DNA of 64,000 nt from IMG/VR virus record IMGVR_UViG_3300008448_000060, positions 5,503 through 69,502 of that record. One strand, written 5' to 3'. Every line of letters starts with the position of its first letter. Positions within the stretch are counted from its first letter, which is position 1. Source of the DNA: a virus. This document shows, piece after piece, positions 1-9,000 of the stretch. The position numbers and the translations under genes were made by a program. The notes under the pieces are model-generated. The model worked only from the letters and a program-made list of their open reading frames with translations. It ran no database searches and had not been told where the DNA came from.

Positions 1-2433
1 CGATTACTTTACACAATTCAACGTGGTCATGATCCTGTAGCACAAACATTTGTCGTGTCATCAAAAGGTGGGGCTTTCGTTTCCTCAGTAGATTTATATT
101 TTGAAGAAGCAGGAGCAAGACCTATTATTGTTGAATTAAGAGTGACTAATAATGGTGTACCATCTTCACGTGTAGTTCCATTTACAACTGTGACAAAATC
201 TCCTTCTGAGATTAATACATCAACAAATGGTTCAGCTGCAACTAACTTTAAATTTTTAGCACCTGTATATTTACAAGATAATGAAACTTATGCTATCGTA
301 GTAAGAACAGACGAGCCAGGAGCAAAAATATTTATTTCTGAATTAGGAGAATCTGATTTAATTACTACAAACATTATTACTCAACAACCATTAACTGGAT
401 CTTTATATCTATCACAAAATTCACAAGAATATAAAATTAATCCTTTATTGGATATGAAATTTAAATTATATTCTTGTACATTTGATACAAGTGTTGTTGC
501 TGATGTTGAATTAAAAGCTAATCCACCAATTACATATACATTAGATGAAAATCCTTTTGAATTTACTCCATCAACACCACATGTAAGAGTAAGAGCAAGA
601 AATCATGGATTTAATTTCAATGATGTTGCAATTATATCAGGTGTTGCTCCAGGACTTTATGGTGCAACTTCACCAAATGGTGCACCACATACATTATTAA
701 ATGGATCTCATTTAGTATTAGCTGAAGGATTAACAAAAGATTCTTTCATGATACAATTACAAACTACTGATGCAAATGGTGTAAATTTATTAACAGGATC
801 AACTGCTAACTTTGTAAAATCAAATGTTGGTGGAACAAATGTTTTATGTTCTCGTCAATTAAATGTAGATGCCATTTATTTAAAAACTAACGATTTAATT
901 TTTACAGACACAAGTATAAATTATTTTGTTTCTGCTTCAGATGCTGCTGGTACACCTACTGATTTCTTACCAATAGTTGCGAATGAAAACTATTATTTTA
1001 CGAATAGAAAAGTAATTAAATCTTATGAGAACCAAGTATTACTTTCAACGTCTCCTTTATTAAAGAGACCAAGTTTAAAAATACGTGCTCAATTAAGATC
1101 AAATAATCCAAACATATCACCTGTGATTGATTTACAAAAAGCATCAATTTATGCTATTTCAAATTCAATAGATAATAAAACTGGTTCTAATTTAAATGTT
1201 TCTGGTGTTGATAATCGAAATATATTAGTTAATAACACAATTGTAGATTCAGATACTTTTATTACAGGAACAGGAACAATAACTACAAGCACAGCATCTA
1301 CTACAGTGACTGGTGTTGGCACATCATTTACAACTGAAGCAAGAGTTGGGGATACACTTCGAGTAGGAGATACTGCAATTGGTGTAATTGATACAATTAC
1401 AAACGCAACTACAATCGTATTAACTGCAAATGCTCTTGCAACAAATGCAGTTGGTGTTGCTTACAAAATAGTTGCAAGATCAGTAGTTCAATTATCTCAT
1501 AATGCTTCAGGAAATGGTCAGTTAGTGACTTGGATTGATGCTGCTGATAATTTATTAGCTAATACGCAAATTGGAGCAGAATTAATTTTAACAGGAATTT
1601 ACGCAAATAAATTAGACGGAACATATGAAATAGCAAATGTAGCTGAGGAATTTAGTTTAGATAGATTTGCAGGTTCAGCAGATGGAAATAAAGTGACAAT
1701 TACACTAGATAGACCATTTGTAAATATTCCTACAACAAACACTATGTTCCTTGATGTAGTAAATGACTTTTTAGAATTTAATTTAGATGGTGTTCAAACT
1801 TCTCTTACAAATAGCACTTCTATTACATCAACTGCAGATAATACATCAAAAATTTCAGCAGGTGATATTATTGTATCAACAACGCTTTATGATGTAGTGA
1901 CACCAGATGGTGGAACAGCACAAAGATTAGAGAAAAAAGTAGTTGGAACAGTGACTGCTGTTGCTGCTGGGTCAATTACACTTTCAGCAAATGCTACAGT
2001 AGCAATTAGTGGTGTTGTTATGGCTGTAAGAAAACCATTAGCTTCTTGGAAAATACAACAGTACGATGCTTTTGTTGATGACTATGCTCCAACTGGATCT
2101 ACAAATTTAGCTAACTATATAACTCGTACATTAGCATTAACAAATCCAGCAAATAATATTAAAGTTATATTTGATGCAAATATACCAAACGATACAGATT
2201 TAACTCTTTATTATCGTGCTTGGAACGATGAAGTAAATTTAAATACGTTAAAATTTAATTCAATAACTTTACCTATTACATCAAAAGACTCATTAGATGT
2301 GTTTAGAGAAAGAATTGCTACATTAGAGAATATTGCTGCATTTAAAAACTTACAGGTTAAGTTAGTATTTAAATCAACAAATCCTGTTTATGTACCAAAA
2401 GTTAAAAATTTAAGAGTAATTGCTTATAGTTAA
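1..2433 (+). CDS. Large virion structural protein (VrlC/DUF4815-like), C-terminal part; 5'-truncated by the window
   Basis: Frame is open from base 1 (RLLYTIQRGHDPVAQTFVVSSKGG...). DPxAQTF...SVDLYF motif and C-terminal P.VKNLRVIA are typical of this T4-like structural family. Confidence 0.7.
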   Translation, partial: RLLYTIQRGHDPVAQTFVVSSKGGAFVSSVDLYFEEAGARPIIVELRVTNNGVPSSRVVPFTTVTKSPSEINTSTNGSAATNFKFLAPVYLQDNETYAIVVRTDEPGAKIFISELGESDLITTNIITQQPLTGSLYLSQNSQEYKINPLLDMKFKLYSCTFDTSVVADVELKANPPITYTLDENPFEFTPSTPHVRVRARNHGFNFNDVAIISGVAPGLYGATSPNGAPHTLLNGSHLVLAEGLTKDSFMIQLQTTDANGVNLLTGSTANFVKSNVGGTNVLCSRQLNVDAIYLKTNDLIFTDTSINYFVSASDAAGTPTDFLPIVANENYYFTNRKVIKSYENQVLLSTSPLLKRPSLKIRAQLRSNNPNISPVIDLQKASIYAISNSIDNKTGSNLNVSGVDNRNILVNNTIVDSDTFITGTGTITTSTASTTVTGVGTSFTTEARVGDTLRVGDTAIGVIDTITNATTIVLTANALATNAVGVAYKIVARSVVQLSHNASGNGQLVTWIDAADNLLANTQIGAELILTGIYANKLDGTYEIANVAEEFSLDRFAGSADGNKVTITLDRPFVNIPTTNTMFLDVVNDFLEFNLDGVQTSLTNSTSITSTADNTSKISAGDIIVSTTLYDVVTPDGGTAQRLEKKVVGTVTAVAAGSITLSANATVAISGVVMAVRKPLASWKIQQYDAFVDDYAPTGSTNLANYITRTLALTNPANNIKVIFDANIPNDTDLTLYYRAWNDEVNLNTLKFNSITLPITSKDSLDVFRERIATLENIAAFKNLQVKLVFKSTNPVYVPKVKNLRVIAYS

Positions 2434-2436
2434 TAT

Positions 2437-2652
2437 ATGAAATTTGTTAAAGTGAAAGATCATCCTAATTTAAAAAGGGATATTCATACACAAGCAGTAA
2501 TTAACACATCTAATTCTGAATACGAAGAATATAAAAAAATACAAGAGAATGCAAGTCTTCGTTCAAGAATAATAGAGAATGAAATAAATAGTCTTAAGAA
2601 TGATATATCAGAAATTAAGAATATTTTAAAACAAATAGTACAAGGAAAATAA
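2437..2652 (+). CDS. Small conserved hypothetical protein with coiled-coil C-terminus
   Basis: 71 aa, tightly packed ORF; KVKDHPNLKRD...AVIN motif often follows the VrlC-like gene in T4-like phages. Confidence 0.6.
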   Translation: MKFVKVKDHPNLKRDIHTQAVINTSNSEYEEYKKIQENASLRSRIIENEINSLKNDISEIKNILKQIVQGK

Positions 2653-2655
2653 ACA

Positions 2656-2865
2656 ATGGCAAAACAAGCAGTTGTAAATACTGTATCTCAGGCGAATACG
2701 TTCGATCAATGGCGTGTTCAAACGAATGAAGTAATTACAAAAACTAATAACCAAGAAGATTACATTGGTGATTTAGCATTACTTGATAATGCACAACCAG
2801 ATTTAGTTTCTGGTATAAATGAAGCACGTGGATTTTCTTTGGCTATAACAATCGCACTAGGATAA
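2656..2865 (+). CDS. Small virion/fibre-associated protein
   Basis: NTFDQWRVQTN motif; C-terminal AITIALG; RBS-like AAGGA upstream. Confidence 0.55.
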   Translation: MAKQAVVNTVSQANTFDQWRVQTNEVITKTNNQEDYIGDLALLDNAQPDLVSGINEARGFSLAITIALG

Positions 2866-2869
2866 TAGA

Positions 2870-3193
2870 ATGGCAAATGTATTTACAAATGGTCTAGCAA
2901 GAGACGTAGGAACTTCGCCTGCAACTATATACACAACACCTGTGAGTAAAAAAAGTATCGTAATTGAACTAGATGTATGCAATAAAATAAATGCAGCTAT
3001 TCAAGTTGATGCTTATATAACTTCATCAGGGTCAGATTTTTATCTTGTTAAAAATGCTCCAGTTCCAGCAGGTGGAACTTTGCAGCTTATATCAGGACAA
3101 AAAATAGTATTAAAAGCAAACGAAGTTTTAAAAGTAGTTTCAAACACAGCTACATCAGTTGATGTTGTGGCAAGTGTTTTAGAAGACGTATAA
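2870..3193 (+). CDS. Putative small structural protein (beta-rich)
   Basis: 107 aa ORF with AGGA RBS inside the structural operon. Confidence 0.55.
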   Translation: MANVFTNGLARDVGTSPATIYTTPVSKKSIVIELDVCNKINAAIQVDAYITSSGSDFYLVKNAPVPAGGTLQLISGQKIVLKANEVLKVVSNTATSVDVVASVLEDV

Positions 3194-3212
3194 TAAACTA
3201 AGAAAATAAAAA

Positions 3213-5129
3213 ATGGCTTATATTGGTTCATCAGCAGTATCACCACTTACAACTCAAATTCGTCCAAGAGATGAATTTGTTGGAAATGGTACACAAAGAG
3301 AATATGTTCTTTCACAGGAAGTTCCTGGAGGATTTGAAAGTAATGTTCTTGCTTTTGTTGACAACGTTCCTCAAGAACCAATTAGTGCTTATACTATTAA
3401 AGATATTCAAAGATTAACTCTTTCAAATGCTAGTACAAATAGTGTTAAAAATGTTACAATTGCAAAACCAACTGGAAGTATATACACAGGGGTTGTAGAT
3501 TATTCTTTATCTGGAAATGTATATCAATCAGTTAATGCATTATTAAATGGAACTGGTTCATTTACAGGAAGATCTGCAAACACCTTTAGATTAGAACAAC
3601 GTTTAATTTCAAATAATAATTTAATTGCTTCTATCACTTTAAATAAAACAGATTCACTTACTCAACCAAATCCTTTTGTTGGTATAACTGTATCTGGTAC
3701 ATTTTTAAATAATGGAATCACTGAATATGTAATAATTTATGATGTCACTGCAAATGATTATTTGGCTTTAACACCAAGTGGATTAACTCCGAGAGCAAAT
3801 ACTGGAGCAATATTATCAGATGACAAATATTTTACAGTATTTTCTCATTCTACTGAAATAGAAGCACCTAAAATTTCTGATCTAATAACACAAACTGGTT
3901 CTAATGCAACTGGAATAGTTGCAAATGCTACATCAAGTTATATAGATGTAATTCAAACCTCTACTGCAAATTTTGTCACAGTAGGGAATGGTGGACAATC
4001 TATTTCTTATAAAGAACCAAAATCAGTAAATTATTTAAATGATACAATCACATATGAAAACGTTATAGCTGGAACATTTTCTATAACTGCAGCTTCAACT
4101 TTAAAATTTAAAGCATTACAATTTACAGGTTATCCAAAATTAGGACAAAAAATTTTAATTAACCACATGGGTGGAAGTAATTATCAAATAAATCCTACAG
4201 CTGGAAGTGTCACAGATTTAGCTTTATCAGATAATTTAAAAACTTTTACAGTTGATAAATTTACAGCTACACAAGGTCAACAAACATTTACATTATCAAA
4301 AGTGCCTGTAAGTGTTCAGAGTATTTTAGTGACTCTGAATGGAGTAGTACAAACTGACACAACAGGATACACTTTACAAAATGGGAATGAGTTAGTGACT
4401 CAATCTCCATTAAATGCTGGAGTAAATGTAAATGTACTTCATTTAGGATTTAGCACAGTTTCAAGAAATTCTTTTACAGATGGTTCTATAACTGCGTCTG
4501 CTCTTCAAGATTTAACAATAACTGGAACTAAAATAGCTAATTCAACAATTACAAGTTCAAAACTTGCTGCTGGTGCAGCGATTGCAAATATTGGATATAC
4601 ACCACATAATCCAACATCTGGTAGTACTCAATCATATTCTTCTGCAGTCACTTTTAATGGCGTAATTAATACTAATGGAAATATAGTATTTCCTGGATCG
4701 GCAAATCCAAGTGTAGACGCAAATACACTTGATGAATATAGAGAGGGTGACTTTTCACCTACACTTGTTCCAGCTACGATTGGTGGAACACCAATAGTGC
4801 TTTCAACAACAGCAGGAAAATTTATTAAAATTGGAAGATTAGTTCATATAAGTATTCGTATGGTTATATCTTCGTTAGGAGTAGGAAATTCTGGTTCTAT
4901 TAAGATTGGTAGCTTACCATTTCTAATAAATAATAGTGGTAATATAATAGATGAATATTCGCCTATTTTAACTACAAATACCACTGGTATGACAAATCCA
5001 TATGTCACTACAATACCAAATACATTAACGTTGCAAATTACTACTGATGGTTCAACTGATGCAACAGTTGCAAATTTAACAGGTACAAGTACGTTATTAA
5101 TTAATTTAACGTATATGGCAAACGTATAA
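3213..5129 (+). CDS. Tail fibre/baseplate-associated protein
   Basis: MAYIG start; repeated F.G(N/D)G...F.L / V..NGV.Q modules; C-terminal NTLDEYREGDFSP...GKFIKIGRLV fibre-tip-like domain. Confidence 0.6.
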   Translation: MAYIGSSAVSPLTTQIRPRDEFVGNGTQREYVLSQEVPGGFESNVLAFVDNVPQEPISAYTIKDIQRLTLSNASTNSVKNVTIAKPTGSIYTGVVDYSLSGNVYQSVNALLNGTGSFTGRSANTFRLEQRLISNNNLIASITLNKTDSLTQPNPFVGITVSGTFLNNGITEYVIIYDVTANDYLALTPSGLTPRANTGAILSDDKYFTVFSHSTEIEAPKISDLITQTGSNATGIVANATSSYIDVIQTSTANFVTVGNGGQSISYKEPKSVNYLNDTITYENVIAGTFSITAASTLKFKALQFTGYPKLGQKILINHMGGSNYQINPTAGSVTDLALSDNLKTFTVDKFTATQGQQTFTLSKVPVSVQSILVTLNGVVQTDTTGYTLQNGNELVTQSPLNAGVNVNVLHLGFSTVSRNSFTDGSITASALQDLTITGTKIANSTITSSKLAAGAAIANIGYTPHNPTSGSTQSYSSAVTFNGVINTNGNIVFPGSANPSVDANTLDEYREGDFSPTLVPATIGGTPIVLSTTAGKFIKIGRLVHISIRMVISSLGVGNSGSIKIGSLPFLINNSGNIIDEYSPILTTNTTGMTNPYVTTIPNTLTLQITTDGSTDATVANLTGTSTLLINLTYMANV

Positions 5130-5133
5130 AAAT

Positions 5134-5141
5134 ACTAAATA
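5134..5141 (+). promoter_or_regulatory. Putative gp55-dependent late promoter (ACTAAATA)
   Basis: Variant of the T4 late consensus TATAAATA in an intergenic gap; same octamer at 24505, 29785, 32793. Confidence 0.55.
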
Positions 5142-5152
5142 AGGGAAGTAAA

Positions 5153-5383
5153 ATGCCTATTAGCAAAATTCTTTCGAACTCGATTCAAGACGACCTTAAA
5201 TTTAGAGGAAAAGGTACAGGCTTAGTAGCAGATACAAGCGATAATCGTTCGAATACTCCAACTACAGGAGATATGAGATTTAATACCACTGTGGGCAAAT
5301 ACGAACTTTATAATGGAGCAAAATGGCAAACTGTTGATCCAAGTGAAATTTCAATGGCAATGTCAATCGCTCTTGGTGGATAA
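5153..5383 (+). CDS. Small fibre-associated protein
   Basis: GDMRFNTTVGKYELYNGAKW fibre motif; ends MSIALGG. Confidence 0.55.
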   Translation: MPISKILSNSIQDDLKFRGKGTGLVADTSDNRSNTPTTGDMRFNTTVGKYELYNGAKWQTVDPSEISMAMSIALGG

Positions 5384-5400
5384 CCAATTATTTTCATATT

Positions 5401-6060
5401 ATGAGATTTAAATCGAGTGATGAATGGGATTGGGAAATAGTTTTTAGTAATCGTAAAGATAATTTAGTCCTTCAAAAAGCAACAGGTTTTAAAGATAAAG
5501 AAGGATGGATTGGTATTCCAAACATAGAACTATGTACTCTCACAGTTTTAAAAGAGGGATTAGTTTCAATTCGTGATTGGGACACAAAACAAGATTTAGG
5601 AGTAATGGGACCAAACTTTAGATTCCATTATTCTAATATTATGAAAGGATATGGTGATCGAAAAGATTATTTCGGTAATTCACTTCCTTCAGATGAAGAA
5701 ATACTCAAAACAGCGAGTAAATCTCACGTAAGATTAAAGACTGTATCTGAAAAAAGTATATTTTATTGTGTTTCAGATCCACTCGATAAAGTAATATGGG
5801 ATGGTTATTCAAATATATTGAATAATACACCAGAAATTTTTAAAATAAACAAAAATACATCTTTTTATAGATTTATCTCATTAGATGATAATATAAATAT
5901 AGATGGTAAAACAATTGAAAAATATCGTCCTATTGGTTTGGACATCTATGATAAGAATATAACCTTTACTGGAAAAGGTATGTACTTAATTATAGCACCT
6001 ATTGGTATATACAATAAGAGTGATAATTTAAACCCACGATATGTAATAACTGATAATTAA
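5401..6060 (+). CDS. Hypothetical protein
   Basis: 219 aa ORF filling the gap between structural genes; no recognisable motif. Confidence 0.5.
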   Translation: MRFKSSDEWDWEIVFSNRKDNLVLQKATGFKDKEGWIGIPNIELCTLTVLKEGLVSIRDWDTKQDLGVMGPNFRFHYSNIMKGYGDRKDYFGNSLPSDEEILKTASKSHVRLKTVSEKSIFYCVSDPLDKVIWDGYSNILNNTPEIFKINKNTSFYRFISLDDNINIDGKTIEKYRPIGLDIYDKNITFTGKGMYLIIAPIGIYNKSDNLNPRYVITDN

Positions 6061-6079
6061 ATCCTAAAGGAAACACGCA

Positions 6080-9000
6080 ATGGCAAAAAAACTCTTCTTA
6101 GCATCTGATATTGATGTAGCTCAAAATGCAGTATTACTCGATGGTAATATACCAATCGAAAGACTTTTATTAATCACAAACGTCACAGCTGGCGCAAATA
6201 AAATTGTTTATAACTTTGCAGATAGCACTTTAGGTGCAACTTCATGCGCATACATACCAGCATTAAATCAAACTAGATTAGTTCTTGCTGTAAATTTTGC
6301 AACTGCAGCTGCTGGTCCTATTACAGCTGATTCTAAATTACAAATTTTTATAGAAGAAGAGTTCTCAAGAGTTGGATTCGAAGAAGCCATGATCGATCCA
6401 GTGAACAAATTACGTGTATCAAATCCAGAAAACTTAATCGATACAGACTTTGAATATGGTTCTCAGTCAACAAAATGGGAAACACTTCAAACAGTTTTAA
6501 ATATTCCTACAATTTATTCATCTTCAGGAGATTTGACTCTTGAAGGATTAGTTTCAATTAATACAACAACAAATTCAAAACAAGTAAGATGTGTATTTAC
6601 ACTTCCTCACAATCAAATAGTAGGAAATGCTATTCAAGTCACAGGTGTTAGCAATATCACTTGCGAAGGAGCATTCTTAGTCACAGGTGTTGTTAATTCA
6701 ACAGAATTTTTCTACGAAATAGATCAAACTGCAATTGCAACAGAAAACGTTGCTGGTTCATATACTTCAGTTATTCCTGCTAAATTCTTTGAAGGATCAA
6801 ATTTAATTTTAGATTTAAATGCAAGAGATGCATCAGATAATCCAGTTGCTCCTATTCAAACAAATGGCGCAAGTCCTTCAACACTATCTGTAAGAACACT
6901 AGAGCCACATGGTCTTAAAATTGGAACAAAAATTTATTTAAGACAAACAATTGGTCCTAAAGAATTAACTATCACAGATCCAACATTAACTGCACCAGAT
7001 GGTCGTCCTTACATAGATTCATCTCCAACTATTACTATTACAAACAACGTAGATGGAACTTCTTCTACTGGATCAGCAGATCTTCAATACGATCGTCCAG
7101 TTGTTACATGGGATTGGCAAACTACTTATGGTAAATATTTACAAACTTCAGATATTAACGCAGCTGCAGATGAAATCACTTGGAATAGCCACGGATTAAC
7201 TGCGAATGCAGCATTACTTTTTAACGATCCAGTTCGTGGCGACGACACAACTGCTACAACAAATGGTGGAATGACTGATGGAACAGTTTATTATGCTTCT
7301 ATCGTAGACGCTAACACAATTAAATTAGCAACTGATTATGGTACACTTGCAAGTTTTGTAAATCTTACAGCAATATCTACAACAAGAGGTTATCCTAGAT
7401 TACAATTAGTTTATAAGGTTGAGGGTAGAAGTGATTCTACAAGATATACTGCTTTCTTCTCAAGAAACGTGACTACAGGTGCTACAGGAAATTATGATGT
7501 AGGTTATATCAATAATACAAACACAAACTCATTTACATGGAACGTACAATCTATAATGGGAGCATCTCGTGTTCCAACTCGAGGAATAATTAATCAATTA
7601 TATTTTGAAGGTGCAAACACTGCAGGAAGTCCAATTAATATCACTTACATAGCAAGAAATTATTTAAATCTTGGTAGTGGTAATATTAGTTATTCTCTTG
7701 GTGCTAAAGGTGCATCTCCTGGAAATGAATTCCCTAATACAGATGTAACAAGATGTTTTTATGTTTCAGGTGGAAGTTATTTCATAGATATTCAATATCA
7801 ATTTGGTGCGATTAACAGAGATAAATTTGGTAATCCTACTTCAAACTATCGTCACATTTATTATATAGTAATAGATCACGTACCAACTTCTTTAAATACA
7901 GCACATTCAGGAGCAGATTTAGCTGGAGGACAATTTGGAAAAGGATCACGTGCAGGAAATAGAATTATACGATTCCAAGGTCGAGTTCCGAATGGATCTT
8001 CTACAAATGGTTCATCAGATGGTTTTACATTCCAAGCAAATACAAGAAATAATGGAAGATATGGAACTTCAAATCCTCCATACAATTATCAAGTCAGTGA
8101 TACAACTACACTTGGAAGTTTTATTGTTAATTATCCAGAAACTGGAAATTCAGATTATGCTGCTGGCTCTGAAATATATTACAGTTTCGCTGATGATTTA
8201 ACTGCTTTAAAAAATACATTTTATATTCCAAGTCATGGAATCACAAATAATGAAACTTGTACAATTTCAATTACTGGTGCTGGATATTCTACAACAAATA
8301 GATTCGCATTCGTAAACTCTTCAGCAACAGTTGTTCCTTATACTGTTTCTGAATTTTCTGTGACTGCAAACGTTGTAAACGCAAACTATTTAAGATTTAC
8401 ATCTAAAACTACACCATTTACAAATGATATAGCTTCTTTCCCAGCAGCTTTCAGTGTTGCAAATAACAGAGTAAACACTCTTTATAATACAGTTTATATT
8501 CAAAACCACAAAATATCAGGACAAACAACTGCAACTTATACAACTGCAGGAACACCGATTGGTGGATTAACAAGTGGCACAAACTATTCTCTTCAATTCG
8601 TAAACGATTCTCGTTTAATAATTAAAGCTGCGAATACTAGTGGTTCTGGTACTGCTACAACTGCATCTTTTGGAAGTACAAGCACTGCATTAAACCAAGT
8701 GTTTACTGTAAACATTGAAACTCCATTAGGAACAGCACCGACTCAATGTACTGTGACAATGATACAACATAGAGGAAGATTATCAACATCAAATCGTTTC
8801 TTAAGAACAAGATTTGCTGATAATATAGTATATAACATTGGTGCAGTGAACGGACAAGATTCAAGCATTTTCCAAAATGAACCAACATGGATTCCAAAAG
8901 ATGTTTCATCATTCTTAACTGGTTCTCCAGTTGGTGTGACTGTGACTGTTTCTCCAACATCAGGTGTAAACGCTGCTGTTCCAGGAATGACAAACTGGTG

